Shown: positions 11,972 through 25,603, counted from the first letter of the whole stretch. The stretch is 58,745 bases of DNA, filler included, from Dimargaris cristalligena (GCA_003614675.1; 7 parts of 7 records of this genome joined end to end with filler, not necessarily neighbours in it); one strand, 5' to 3'. Numbers and translations are program-made. Notes: generated from the sequence alone by a model not told the origin.

Positions 11972-14674
11972 CCCGGCCAGGCCCTAGTATTTATTTTATT
12001 AGACCGACGCCAAGGTACCTTTGGGTAGGGTTATCTCACCCATGGTACTCTCCCCTACCTGCACCAGTTGCCTGTCTTATCATCGACATTCTCCCTTATG
12101 GTGGTGGGGGTTGTCGTAACCTCCGCTCCTATCACTTCCACCCTTCGAGTCACTGTTTTCCAGTTCTTGAGCATTGTGCCTATGTGTATCATCCGTTTTC
12201 TCTCCGGCATTGTCATCAACTTCCCGACCGCCTCTCACGCCTTTTACAGACAACTCAGACAGAGCCAACTAGTTGCCCCTCATTGGTATATATAGCCTCG
12301 CCCAATTACCCGAGGGTTTTGTTTGCGGCTATTACTTGTTGCCTACCGGCAAGGGGTAGAAGTTCGGTCATTGGAGCCCCACCTGTTTTTATTGGCCATT
12401 TTCATCAGAACCGTTCTCAATTCTGAGCTGAGCTGAGCCGAGAAATGGATATTCGGAGTGATTGCCAGCTGACCTATTGCGCGTATTTGGAAGCGTAATG
12501 GGCTGGCCATTCTTGGGGCTGATAGTACTGCATTCCTCTGGGCTAGCAATTCGCCGCTTCTACCACAATTCGGTTGGCTTTGTGATCTTAAAATAGGCGA
12601 TTATCACCCAAGCTCATATCGACGCCATTTGGCTTACTGTTTCTATTATAATACCCCATTTTATATTCTTCCATCAGGTTAGTGCTCCCTCTAACGGGTT
12701 TCGTAAATATGCCCCATTTGATATCTCAAGACTTGCTTACACTACACCACACTACCATACCGTTTATATTAATACCCCGGCGCCGGTGCCACGGTTTATC
12801 TGGTTTTATTTATGGTCGAATAAACCCTTGTACAACACCCTTGGTCAATTATCTAAGTTTTTTTTACATTAACCAGAGTTTAAGCTGTGTTTGCATTCAA
12901 CTATTGTATTCTTGCGGATTACAGAAAGGTAGCCGCCTTATTCACACCACTGGCCCATCCCTATCATTTCTCGAGGCAATCAAATTGGTAATGTCTACCA
13001 TGTCCAGCATTTGGCCTTGTTTAAAAACCATTTTTGCCACTGACCCAGTCAGAGGAGGCTCACTATAGACTAATACTCAGCTCAGAAAATTACAGTAAAC
13101 AACGCTGGCGAATCCCTGGGAGCGGCGAGGTGAATGTCTTTTCAGCTAATCCCGAAGCTGATTATATTTTGGGGACTCTATCATCCGCAAATTTGGACGG
13201 CGTGCGAAAAGTGCACTTTAGTGGTGGGCGAATATCGAATAACCCTTGATGCCTTCGTCAGTTCCTTATCGTTTATTTATTTCCAATGGTTGTGTATTCC
13301 ATCGGGTTCCATTTCTCCACCCATTTCCCCAATCTTCTCTGCCTAATAACTATTTTTGTCATCCTTGCCACAAGGCCCCTTTACTGCCCCACGATTCGGC
13401 ATTGAAGCTAACTTTCTCACCGAGACTTGCGTCAGCCCAACCCGGTGATGCACTTTTACAAAGTCGCTGGGCTACCGGTTATCGACAGTGCCTTCCTGTA
13501 TTGCTGCATAAAGTAGAATCCGGGGTAGATTTACATCTCAATGATTATTGTCTTCGACCCCCAATTCGTAAAAATGCCATATACCTGTGAAGCAGGTGTT
13601 GCCTCTGTGCTCAACGATATATTACATTGTCACCTCTAGAATAGGGTGGTAGAGGCCAACCGTCCAAATGAGACCCCGCTGAGTAGCAGAAGCCAGCGCT
13701 AGCGATGAATCATCGCAAATGACCACATAGACACCTCTAAATTCTCCCAGATCTAGTTTGTCGTTTCTCATATATGAATGTGGTTTTGGGTCATCGAACA
13801 TAAAGCACACTCTAGTAATATTCTCTTTTAGATTAATGACTCCCGAGTATGTCGCAAATTTGTTTATAATGTAACGTTTATAAAAGTCTTATTAGTATAT
13901 CAAATAATAACTATCAAATAGAACAGAAGGGGAACCTCCTAGATCCCTGAAGGGGAGCGGGGGGTGCAGTATAAGTGTCCTACAAGCAGTAGGCTTGGGT
14001 ATCATAATTACCCCATAGGCTATTCCTATTAGCCGGTACAGTGTATCCCATATATCGAAGGATCTACCACTAGATAGCCTGGCATCTACTTAGGATGGTC
14101 AACATGACCGTAACAATAGTAATGCCAAAGTAATACCTATCGACTATTTTAATGATTCTACCTGATATGACGAGTTTTAGGAGAATATTTCCCCATCTTT
14201 TGGGAAGTCTATATCCGATTAGAAATTCTGATTTTATGACATCGGCCATGCGCTACGTCAGCTTTATGATAATATTCTAAATTGTAGTATGAGACCTGTA
14301 TTTTTTATAATGATTGCTTTACGACCTTAGTTCAGGGAGCCCTCTTCCTCCCAGGAAAGCGATATTATTTTGCTCAAACTTTTTCATTTCTTTTATGACT
14401 TTAGAATCTTAGTGCAATAATTATCATAAATACGTATTATATTCATTAAAATGGTTATTCTTCTACTAATTTATTGATTATTTCTATAGCTCGATAGATA
14501 TTATGTCACCCCCCCTTTTGTTCCTTCCGGGGCCATCGTTCCATTTTTGGTCGGCCAGGAGATGCCCTCATCGATGACAGTACGCCCTACACCAGTAGCC
14601 GCAAAGCCCACGCACATCCCCAAGCTTGGCAACCGATGACCCGATCCTGACGGCAATACACTTTATTCCGCGGC

Positions 14675-16376
14675 CTAATCATCCCCTGGAAAAGATACTG
14701 GCATCTTAGTATGAGTGGCACTCTGTCGTGCGGATAGAACGGCACTTCGTTCATAAGGGCCCACAAGCCACTCGTCGAACAGCGTTTCGCTTTCGGCCGG
14801 GACTTCGAAGGCTGACTCAGGAAGATTGAGCTCCTTGGGTAAGGCCGAACGGAGGGTAAGGTAGGAGACCGATGTCTTGGTAATATTATTCCCTCCTGTA
14901 CTGCGCTTAATGTAAACTTCACCACCGGTGCCGTAATGGGAATGGCACGCGGTAATTTCCTTCGGTTCCATATCTTCTAATAAACGAACTCCATCCATTG
15001 ATCCGACCCGGTTTAATAATACCGTGGCAGCGTGATCATAGCCAAAAAAGGTAGCACACTGATAACTCTCCTTATAAGTACACCTAAGTTTCGCCAGAGC
15101 CACTTCTTTGGCTTCGATAAGGTCCAACTCTAAGGCTATGATGTTGGCGAAATATCTCGCCTTTTCGTCAATAGCACATTTTTGGATTTCGATAATATAT
15201 TCGCTCAGCAATTTGTAATCTTCTTTCGCGACCAAGGCGCCGATAATCATGCGGATGAATGTGTTCTGTATAGACTTGGGTTTTAGTTGTATACCCAAGG
15301 GGTATTTGTCAGGGTTAAACATGGGAAGCAGCATACTGCTATGTGGAAGACTGGGCAAGATATCTTGAGTACCGAATCCCAGTTGAATGATTTGGGTAGT
15401 GATTTCCCAGAGTTGCTTAATGTCACCGTCAATGGCTGTTTCCACTGACGGGAATGCTTTTGCTAGCTGATTCCGATCCATCTGGTCAAGACGCACATAA
15501 CACCAGTCGGAATATACTTTTTTAAGTGTACTTTTGAATTCTGCGGTGTTCAAAAGCACTCCACGGGCCCCCGAATTATTAGTTTCGGCCAGTCTTTCGC
15601 CTAACGGTGAGATCCCAAGGCCGTAGAGTTCTAAGTACGCGGCGTTGAATGCGGCAAGGGTGAGTTCAGTACGCATGGCCCGGCCGATAACGGCGACCCG
15701 GCCATTTGCTCTGCGATTAAAAGTAATCAGAACTGCCCATTTGGGTAGAGGCCCATATTTCTATCAAGTAGGTCCAATGTTAGGCAAAATATGGCTCGGT
15801 TAGAGATTACTCAGGGTTGGCGCATGGAAGTCGAAACGCGGAGTTAAATGTATAAAACCAATAGTACGGTCTGCCTAGAAATGCCCATTTTGGCCTTGTC
15901 AATAGATTTTTAGAGATGTACCCGTGGCCATATGTCCATTACACAATAATAATACTGACAATCATACGTATGTAAACTCTTTTTCGGTAGTCCTCGTCGG
16001 CGAGGGCTAATTCCCGAAGTCCTTTAGATGCTTGGGCAGCATAGCCTAAATCGGAAGTATTCAGGTATTGGGCCACTTGTTCTTTAATTTCCTGTGGCAG
16101 GTCTTCCGGACTCTTCTTGGCTAAGCTCTTCAATTGGATATCGTCGTTTGAGTTTTTGAATGTGCTGGGCATAGTATCCTGCAGCAACTCAGGGGCGCCA
16201 AATAAAGTTGGATACTCCCTATTATTGTATGAGGACTTCAAACGGGGCATCCATCCAGTCGAGGTCTGGGAGGGGGACTCGGCGGTAGTGGGGTCAGAGG
16301 AAGGGAAGGCCATGGCATAGTGAGCCAAAAGCATACCCACCAGGGAAGTAGAGAAACAAATGGATTTCATGGTCAT
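14675..16376 (-). CDS. Putative secreted protein with F-box-like segment, probably one spliced gene (5' exon ~16376..15968, 3' exon ~15760..14675; junction unresolved)
   Basis: Signal peptide MKSICFSTSLVGMLLAHYAMA|FP. F-box-like LPQEIKEQVAQYLNTSDLGYAAQASKGLRELA. Donor-like GTATGA at 15967, and a CTAAC..TAG acceptor before a 333+ codon helical ORF. Confidence 0.6.
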
Positions 16377-16808
16377 TATAAGAGGGAACAGGTGTTTAAT
16401 GGACCGGGTGGAATGAAGAATAGGGTTATGGTAAATAGTGTGGTGGGGATAAAAATCGAGTTAAATCCTAAGTTGGGGTCGGGGAAGAGGAAGGGTAGAT
16501 GTGTGAGTAAGTACAGGGAGGCTTGAGGGTAGTATTTATATAAGGTGTTGAGTATGGCCAACTTCGAGTTTGCCCTGTATGAGCCCAAGAGGTGAGTAAT
16601 GGGATATCAAATGCAAACGATCTCGGGTAAGAGTGCTATACTAGGGTGGGGTTCTACTCAACTGTATATAATAATGGGTTAAATGTATATAGGAATATAC
16701 ATAGGATCCTCATTTGGTACTTGAAAAATCAGTCATATCAACCAAGGTTAAAATCATATAAAACCGTTACAGGTTCGACCGATGAACCCTCTAATTGTTT
16801 CCCTTTCT

Positions 16809-16908
16809 NNNNNNNNNNNNNNNNNNNNNNNNNNNNNNNNNNNNNNNNNNNNTTAATTAATTAANNNNNNNNNNNNNNNNNNNNNNNNNNNNNNNNNNNN
16901 NNNNNNNN
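16809..16908. other. Artificial contig-joining spacer
   Basis: Same 100-nt N/TTAATTAATTAA linker. Confidence 0.99.
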
Positions 16909-18367
16909 TATACGTTATATTAATAAAAGCATGCGGTGAGGATCACTTCTCTACTATTTTAATAATTATTATATATTTAGATCATGTATAATCTCTCTTA
17001 GTAGAATGAATACCAGGATTTGACTTGTGAATTTTTAGATAGCTGATATTGTTGAGAGAGCATAGTTGATATACCACACTTGATAAAATATCGGACTCCA
17101 GCCCTGCTATTTTTTGCACTGGCTTATCTGGCCTCATGGGGTTAAGCCATTTCCATATAGCTTGTCTTTGGTAGGCTTCATTACACTATAGTACCTTCCT
17201 ATGGAATACTTGGTGCTCTGAATATCTTCTATTCCCCCCCCCTCCCCCCATTTGCTTATATCCCACTCTGCCCTTTTACACTCAAGTATTAATCCAAAGA
17301 CTCAGCCATTTCCATCAGTCTTCTAACCGCCAATGGACCCCAGTCGGCACCTTTAGTGATCCCTTCTGGATGACCTTATGGTGCTGCCCACCAATGCTAT
17401 TACTCTGCCCAGGTTACAGCCAATTAGTTTATTAGCTCATATCCCCCTCTGTTAATCCAATAATTACTTATATATTCGCCCCCTGGTAGCAGTTGGTACC
17501 TGCCACTATTAATTCTATCCCCTATACTTGTCAGATAACATATTAATGGAGTGTGCTCCTAATGCTCTACCTAATTTAAGTCTACATGCATGGACTTAGA
17601 GCGAATTAAGAGATGTTAATCACTGCAACGGTACGAATTAATCGGTGTTGTCTACATATCCAAACCCCGTTCTAACCAACAGGAGCCATAATACCAGCAA
17701 CTGATACAGAAATAGGTGGAAATCACTAATTTCCAAGCCTAGATTCAGACAGCAAAGTTTCGACAGGGCTGTAGTAAACATACTACTTTGTTTATAAGCA
17801 GATCATATTTGTCGCTTAAATCTAACTTACCCCATCCCTTATCGGTCACCCAGTGCCCCTCGCACTTCCATCATTGCTATATATCCTACATTCAAGCGGG
17901 TATGTGGAAATGTCCCTTCATCTGATATCCAGTCCGAAGCTCTTGCAACATAATCTTTGGCACATTATGGGTGAAATATGGGGCTAGCTCTCCGGGTACT
18001 CTATAGGTCCTATGACCCACCTGCGCCCTACCCATACATCTGTGACAGGATCATTTTTCAGTATGCAAAACTTGGATCGGGCTTTCAGGTAAGAAGCGAT
18101 CCAGCCAAAGCCGAGTGGAGGATTAAAACCTGAATAGCCGTGCCCTGTCAAACTTATCCTAAGCCCTTTATAACATCACCAAAACTAGCGTTCGGAATTT
18201 CTCAAGCGACGCGTCTGGAGTCCTTGATTTCTGTAGGTATTTTTGTACCTTTGGGTAAACAACCTTTGGTTAAAAGGGGAAACATACTCCCCGAGCATTA
18301 AGAAATGGTCCATTTATATAGCAATCAGAAAACGGTGATATAACAAGCCCAGATGATTTAAGAAAAA

Positions 18368-19766
18368 CTACAGTTCTTTCCGAAGGGTTTTAAGTATAGA
18401 TGAAATTTTACTGCCTAGCCTAGGCTGGCCTTTGTTCGTTTTGGCGGCAATTGAGCGATAGCGCTTTTGGCGTTGAAGCTGGTAGTTTCGGCGTCCCTCT
18501 TTAGCTTCTTCGATTTCTTTTTGTTTTGCCTAGATAAAGCACGGCGAGAATATTTGGTTTTTCAAAGGGAAATAAAAAGCAACATATATGGCTCTATTAA
18601 AGCAATGTGCAAGTATCCCGTTAAACTCGTCGATAGAAGTTGGGAAACAACGGATAAGTCCATATAGCCGCATGTTGTGAAGGTCAAGCCAGTAGTGCGG
18701 ATTCACCGGGGCAGCAATACCAGACACGGTACGTGTGTAGCAACCCGTCTCTTATGGCTTATGTTTATGGTACCTAGTAAGTGCACTTACCTCGAATTCC
18801 TCCTGGCGCTGTTTGCGGGCCTCTTCGGCAATCATCTGAGCACGCCGGAACGGGTTGGGCTTATTTATCCAACCACTATGGGATTGGGGAAAATAAAATA
18901 TATAAAAAATGGTGGGTTGCGAAATGCAGAAGATGTTCAAATCAGTTAGTTACGCTTCCGCAGCAACCTGTTTTAGAAGCCAGTATAGTATTGTCGTACG
19001 TGATAAAGGACTAATATAGCTGTATCATGGTAGACGCGGGATATACCTTGGTTTTTCACTGGCCTGGGCAGTTCCATTGTTATTGTCATTGAGATTCTAA
19101 GTATGTGTAGGTTGGAATAGGGAGGCAAAGGGGGTGGGCGATTAGGGAACAATCGATTATATTAATATCGATGGCAAGTCGGTGGGTCCCAATGTCCTAA
19201 CATTGCATTTCCCGGACATAGGCATAATGCCAATCGCGGACTATGGTTTAGATTTTTACATACCTTTGATTCGTTCTTCTCATCAGACGATTTTGTTTGA
19301 TCATCTCCTTCCCCATCGGGTCCGGCCTCCAGAAGCTTCAATATTCATATCCAACGCATAACAATGTTTATACGAATGCTTTAATTAAAGGTGACAAGCT
19401 ACTTGATATTAACTACGTCCAAAGACCCAAAGACTGGCCGGGTATTATGCCATTTTTTTCTCTTTACACTCCCCATTCGAACAAACATGTAACCAAAGTA
19501 CTCGAGTGGGGTATGTTTAATAGGATACCTACCTTCTTGACGTAGTCGGGAGTATCGTCCGCGTAATTCCGCAGTACCCGACCATGATATTCCCGCTTTA
19601 TCTGAGCATTGTGAACGAGTTTTTCCTTGAGTTTCTTGACACCGGTATTGTATTGGGTGACCGCTTTGGGAAAGCTGGTGCGGCCCTGGGCCCGTCGCCG
19701 TTCCCGATGACTCAGGTTAGGTTTTTTACCCTTGGAAGGACCCGCTTGTGGGTGTTGGGGAGCCAT
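18368..19766 (-). CDS. FYV7: rRNA-processing protein Fyv7-like, 5 exons (19766..19533, 19335..19264, 19096..19047, 18875..18791, 18529..18368)
   Basis: Exons joined by hand with GT-AG introns keep frame. N-terminal KKLKEKLVHNAQIKREY, PNPF motif, and C-terminal KTNKGQPRLGSKISSILKTL typical of the Fyv7/TAP26 family. Confidence 0.8.
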
Positions 19767-20306
19767 GATGGTTGCAAGGCTATAAAGTGTCGAGAAGTGT
19801 TTAAGGACAAGAAAAGGAGGGACCAAGCCGCAAGCCTCGTTTTCGAAATTGAAGAAAATTGAGAAGTGGATGGTAATGCGAAATGGAGAAAGTGTTTGAG
19901 GGGTATTGGGAGAAATTCACCCTCAATTGCCTTGATTTTTTTTTTTTGGAGTGGTGGTTAAAAATTGGTAGATAAATATCCCATAGGGGGAAGTTAATCC
20001 ACCGGAGCCAATTGAATCCCCACGGCACCGGAACCATAGTAGTACCTACTTCAAGCGGCAAGAGGTCCCCACCTACGTTAATTTGAACCCGTGTCCCCCC
20101 TATTAGCGTGCCTGAATAATGTATTGACTAGGAGAAACACCAACCATCTTCAAGTTAGTTGTATATTGATAAATTATTAAGGCATTTATATTTCGTATAA
20201 TCACAAAGTGGAGTGTTTCAAATCCAGAACCTGACCTAGGTGCCCCATAAGTAAAGGCGTGTGATAATCTTAATAAACTATTAGCCACTGACATTGTGGC
20301 TCTATA

Positions 20307-21345
20307 CTAAGTCCTTAGCGATCGACGTAAGTTAGCTAACATAGTCGCTGTCCATTTCATATTCAGCAGGCTCAGAGTAATCACATTGAAGGTGGTGAGG
20401 CCAGCTACAACCCGGGGTAATTGGCGGAAGCTGCCAAACAATAAACTTAATCGTTCCGAAATATTGGTTTGGGCAAGTATGTATTTGGCCTGAGGATTCC
20501 CCCCAACCGAAATGGGATATTTGAGGGCATACGCTGCGACGAACACCGTGGTCCCCAGTCGACATACCACATAGGCTAGCGCTCGCAGAATCAAGAGGCG
20601 CCGGTACCAGACCGAGTCACGGCGTTGCAGGCGCTGCATGTACCAAACAAGGTTAGCGGGTACCACGGTCAGCTCGGTTACCATGAAGGCGGTAGGGAAA
20701 AACGCGGCCTGGCGATAGTGTAGCATGAGTGCAGACCCTAGCAAACCTACCAAGTGGTGCATCCACATGAGAGGGCCATCCTTACTGGCCCGTGGTTTGA
20801 GAGCCATCGTGCCCAGGTCATACAGGGAATACCCCGCGAAGCCGGCGAAGAGAAGATCTAGCGGTCGACTAGGGTATGGGTAGATGATATCCCCTGAAAA
20901 ATCCCGTCGGACGTAAACGAGGTAGATGGCCAAGAGGCCACTGAATAGTCCATTGGTAGTAGAGCACACCCTATAATATATGTGGCAATTATAAGCGAAA
21001 ACAAGTAGATGGATAGGTCACGCGATTATTACACGAAAAACTCCGTTCTCTATCGCACAGCCAATCCATAGGGGGCTAGTTTTACCCGCCTACTGTCTTT
21101 TTTATATACAATGATAGCGATAGGGACGGTATGTGGCGCGCTTGAGTGGTCCATGGTACGTCAGCTATGGTAATTAGTAGGAAAATACATGTAGCTTACT
21201 TTTCAGCTAAATCGATGCGCTCACCTCCTGAGAGTCGGGCCACGATACGGGGGTCGAATCTGGGTATGAGTAATTTTTCCGCAGCCCAATGGAGGGACAC
21301 GTAGAACATACCAGCCGTGGTGATGTTGGCCAGATGGTTCGACAT
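20307..21345 (-). CDS. TLC (TRAM/LAG1/CLN8) domain membrane protein, TMEM56-like, 2 exons (21345..21200, 20970..20307)
   Basis: GYSLYDL, MWMHH, TELTVVPANLVW and LLNMKW motifs, multiple TM helices. GTAAGC..TAG intron gives LAEK|VCST in frame. Confidence 0.85.
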
Positions 21346-21956
21346 AATCGCGTGTTAAAGAGATAATGGGGGTGAGGAAACAGCGGTAGTGAATTAAACT
21401 CGAGTTATGGCAATCAACCCTTTAAACAACTAAAAATAAAATACTAGACGATACTGGTGAGTTTACGAAGAGGGGCGTAATACTCATTCATGTAGCAAGA
21501 TAAGTAAAGCCAACCGGCACAGCATGGCCAGGGAATTTATATGTTGGTATCTCGACAGACCCCGTGCCAACCAAGGGAATGGGTGGGAGTGAAATGAATA
21601 CCAGGTTTTCACAAGCAAGTATGGTCAAATGAACTCATTTGCGCATGGCTTGCAGAACATATCGGCCCCATGTGGTCGTTGTTTGGTGCTGGTATGCAAC
21701 CGGAATGTTTTAATCTACTTGGGAATTGAACAGACAGCGCGCCCCTATTCCCAGTGCCCATACTGATTCATGAATAGTTCGAAGAGTAACATCGCTAAGT
21801 AAAAACACGCTTGATTTGGGTTGGTCGCAGGGAGGTAGAGGAAAATGACCTACAAGTGAATTGGCTTCAGGAGTAGCTCAGTATCGTTGATAATATCAAA
21901 CCAGGTGAGAGAACTGTGGCATTTTATTATTCAACCAGAGAGAGCGTCTAGCGCAT

Positions 21957-22412
21957 TTAGAATATTTTGGCGGGAACGGATCGGGTTTTCTTGCCTGTGA
22001 ATAGGTCAACGTAATCCTTTTCATTCTTCGGGGTCCCCGTCTTCTTATCCGCCAGTGAGCCTTTGGCCCGTGCCTTTTGCTTCAGCCGGTTACCCGAGGT
22101 CTTGGCTTTAGCTCGGGCATTGGCGGCTAGACTGCCCATGTCAACCTGGTCATCGCTGGTGTGGTTATGGGCTGTCGAAAACGCTAAAGGAACCATGCCG
22201 CCGGCGGAGTAGACGGTTGCTGAAGTGGCTGTCGACTGAGATTGTCCCGTGGTTTCTAGGAATTCTCGCTTCATTTGGCCAGCCAGATTTGACTTGCTGG
22301 TAGTCTTCTTAGTAACCTTGGCCAGTTGCGATTGGGAGGCATTCTTGAGAGTCTTTTTGAGCTCGGTCTCCTTGCGGGTAGGCCGTTTGAAATTCTTGGC
22401 GGATCGTCCCAT
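21957..22412 (-). CDS. Small basic hypothetical protein (151 aa), likely nuclear/nucleolar
   Basis: Intronless ATG ORF, MGRSAKNFKRPTRKE start, Lys-rich, DYVDLFTGKK near the end. Confidence 0.75.
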   Translation of the reverse strand: MGRSAKNFKRPTRKETELKKTLKNASQSQLAKVTKKTTSKSNLAGQMKREFLETTGQSQSTATSATVYSAGGMVPLAFSTAHNHTSDDQVDMGSLAANARAKAKTSGNRLKQKARAKGSLADKKTGTPKNEKDYVDLFTGKKTRSVPAKIF

Positions 22413-23249
22413 GCTGAAGAAATGGTTGGCAGACGAGGAAAACTATGTGGAATGGTGGAGGCAATGTAGTTACGAATGAAGTGCAATGACAAGAAATGGA
22501 GAGATCGGGCCAATAAAAAAATACCGTAACGAATCTACACACTCTTCGTTGGAACAGCTCAAGGCGTTGTAGCCATACACAGAGCTATAAGAATGGTCAT
22601 AAAAAAACATGCGCCTGGTCAATTTATACAGTTACACACTGTCTTTCTGGTCGTATTGCAACCAAGGGGAAACCCCGACCTGAATAATCAGGAGGACGGC
22701 CGAACCAATCATACCCCCCTTCAGGAGGATAACCCACCGATGTACATGGGGGTCCAATCTATCCCCCTAATGGAGGAGGACGACCCTCTCTCGTCGACAC
22801 AAGAACTACACCCCGCCCCAGAGGGATAAAACTAGCCACCCGCCCAGCGGACCAGGATTCTATGTCTTTAAATAAAATACTATTATTTACAAATACGCCT
22901 ACAGTTATTTCGCATCTACCCTGCTCCACTCAGCGCCATCTTCTTCACTCTTCATCCTGCCCTACTCGGCACTAGGTTACAGTATAAGCCATTAATCAAA
23001 CATGCTGATAATTCCTTGGAAATATCGGAAAGCAAAACAAAAATTGTGTACTCTCGCCTTGGACGGAAACATTAGGACATTATTTACTCGATAAGGTAAT
23101 TATAGGAGAGGGCAGTTTCTTTCGGATATAGTTCAAGTAGCTGATTCCGCGGATAGTGAGGCCACTAATGCCAGTTTAACCTATCAGGTCTAGATATGCA
23201 CTGTCGTATAAGGCTGAAGCCCAACACAATGGTATACAACTTAAAATGG

Positions 23250-24160
23250 GGGTAAATATGGGAACACTGGCAGTGTAGTTAATTTTGTTTAACCGTTACT
23301 ATCAGTCTTATCCAACAGTTTTTTTGATATGTAAGTGAATTGAACTGCTCTGTTTTCTAATGGAGTCAGAGTACCAATTGTTGGCATATACCAGCAAATG
23401 ACCAGGCAGGCCAATCCTAGAAATGACAGGCCAACAACTGCATCCCCATATCCAACCTATTGGTCGAAAACTAATGATAATATCAGGCTGACTGGTAAGC
23501 TGTACAAACACCAAGAACCTTCATCCATATCCAGACAGATAGGAAAGGTTGGTGTATCTACAATCGGGATTTGCCAGCTATAGGATCAAAGATATCCTAG
23601 AACCAGGTGGAGTGGTGATTGAAAGCACGTGTATTGGCCTTGGAGAGCATTAGGAAGAGGGATAGCAACTGTGGACTATGCCTAGACAAGCATTTTAACA
23701 TGTTATGAATTAGTTAAGCCTTTTAGTTGACAGCTGGGACTAAGCAATTGTTGTCATTATGGTTTCTGTTTCTTACAATTGGTGCACCTGGGTAGAATAT
23801 ATTTGAAGCAAATCTAATGCATAAAGTATATCAGACAGGAATTGTAGTGGCATTCAATGGTAAGTGCATTTAGGTCTGTAGCAAACAAAATAACACACAA
23901 ATAGGTTGTTGACTGCACCTTCCTCCATATTAAAGGAATGTATAATATAAAGGGCAGTATTAGAAATAACTAAGGTGTCTAATATTACAATAATCCTGGG
24001 AGTCAACTGGTCAGGTACTTAAAGTATTCTGTAGGTTTTTCACACTAAAAAACAATAAGGAAAGGTGTGTGATCAGTTAGTAGGAATTTGCTTTAATGAA
24101 TAATTGGATAGGTTATTCAGTATTATAGATATAGTGTATTAAATACTATTAAATATGAAA
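23250..24160 (-). mobile_element. Highly degenerate Ty3/gypsy-like pol remnant (RNase H-integrase)
   Basis: Minus-strand fragments resembling F-x-L-TDH, LY(I/V)P and CxxC-K zinc-binding residues, in RNaseH-to-integrase order. Many stops, CpG-depleted. Confidence 0.45.
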
Positions 24161-24162
24161 GT

Positions 24163-24707
24163 TGTTGGCCCATCTAATCCTTCCTAAATATGGAACACTG
24201 ATCACTCCATCCTATCACATAGTGCCATATTACCCCTCCCTCAACTATATAACTCACTATGACCAGGTCCTAATGCTTCTCACACCATACTCCACTGGCT
24301 GATCCAATGACCCTCCTCTCTCAGTGAGAGTCTTCCGAAAGCAAGCCCACCTGGTTGAGATGCCAACCCTTACCTCTTCTTTAGTCATCCCATTCCCTTA
24401 GGGACCCCTCATTATGAGCAGCCCCTACATATAAATAACCAGGCCCCTCTGGGACCGGTTCAGTTCCTGAGCTTATTTCTTACCCCCAGAGTTACCTCAA
24501 TAAACTCCTTATATGCTCACCCATTGTATTAGCCAGTAAGTGTACCTACTGCATGTCCCTTGCATTAGCCTGCACTCATCCTTTATTAATTAGTACTAAT
24601 CCCCTCCTAATGCTAGTAGCCCACTTGGCTGAGCCTAAGCCCCACCTACTGTTAGAATCCTATCCTCAGGACTCTTGATGGACTAAGAGTGGTTGACCTG
24701 GGTAACA
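24163..24707 (+). mobile_element. Solo LTR, family A, with 5-bp TSD
   Basis: TGTTGGCCC...GGGTAACA termini, flanked on both sides by AAAGT (24158-24162, 24708-24712). Internal TATA and AATAAA. Homologous to other family A copies. Confidence 0.85.
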
Positions 24708-24915
24708 AAAGTCATTAATTATAGTAGTGAGTATTGTTATACATGCTATTCTAATTTAGTTGGATTAATTCCCTTCCACATAACTTACCTACATTAGGCC
24801 TTAATATACCATATTACCTCTCCATAATAATATCTACTACTATAAGGATTACCTAGTTTATCATCCAGGTACTACTACCCAACTCTACTCCATATACTTA
24901 AGCATTAGTCTAAAG

Positions 24916-25178
24916 TATTACCCAGGTTATCTACTCTTAGTCCATTAAGAGTCCCAAGGAAAGGATTTTAACAGTAGGTAGGGCTTATGCTGAGCTAGGT
25001 GGGTCACTGGCATCAGATACAGGGGTACAATATTAACTAATAAATACTAGTGGCAATATATATGTAAGAAATATGTAGGTAGTACACTTACTAGTTGGTA
25101 TGAGGGGATAAATGTATATAGAGTTTATTAAGTAAATAAGGGGTAGAAATAAGCTGAGGAACTAACAGGTTCCAATGG
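24916..25178 (-). mobile_element. Partial family A LTR interrupted by a family B LTR
   Basis: ACTCTTAGTCCATTAAGAGTC...AACAGTAGG core. Ends abruptly at TGTAAAGAAC. Confidence 0.7.
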
Positions 25179-25233
25179 TGTAAAGAACTGAAATCAAATC
25201 CTTGAAAACTGAACTTTATTTGAAAAGATAGAT
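25179..25233 (+). mobile_element. Family B LTR terminus at a contig end
   Basis: TGTAAAGAACTGAAATCAAATCCTTGAAAACTGAACTTTATTTGAAAAGATAG, near-identical to three other contig-edge copies. Confidence 0.7.
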
Positions 25234-25333
25234 NNNNNNNNNNNNNNNNNNNNNNNNNNNNNNNNNNNNNNNNNNNNTTAATTAATTAANNNNNNNNNNN
25301 NNNNNNNNNNNNNNNNNNNNNNNNNNNNNNNNN
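25234..25333. other. Artificial contig-joining spacer
   Basis: Same linker. Confidence 0.99.
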
Positions 25334-25394
25334 TTTATTATCTATCTTTTCAAATAAAGTTCAGTTTTCAAGGATTTGATTTCAGTTCTTTACA
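25334..25394 (-). mobile_element. Family B LTR terminus at a contig start
   Basis: Reverse complement of 25179-25233. Confidence 0.7.
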
Positions 25395-25603
25395 CCATAT
25401 ACTACTTACCCAAGGCCTTTAAATCTACCTAAAGGAATAGCCGCCCTTTTCATAGCTAGTTAGGATAAGAGGATATCAGATGTACCACAGAAGAAGTAGT
25501 ACCCAGTAATGGGAATATATATACTACTATTACCCCAAGTAACTATAATTAGTTTATTACATAATTCATAACTTTAGCCATTACTAAAGTACTCTAGATC
25601 CAC

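Noticed and set aside
11972..13810. Several 60-220 aa ORFs downstream of the microprotein gene
   Set aside because: Mostly non-ATG starts, no coding bias or motifs; likely UTR or intergenic.
16909..17850. CpG-poor stretch with faint retroelement-like fragments
   Set aside because: Too degenerate to assign boundaries or family by eye.
22593..22829. 78-aa ORF with repeated (Q/E)ED-x-P units
   Set aside because: No family similarity or splice support.
25179..25394. Apparent long inverted repeat/hairpin across the gap (also 50119-50568)
   Set aside because: Two different contigs ending in the same LTR family, juxtaposed by concatenation.
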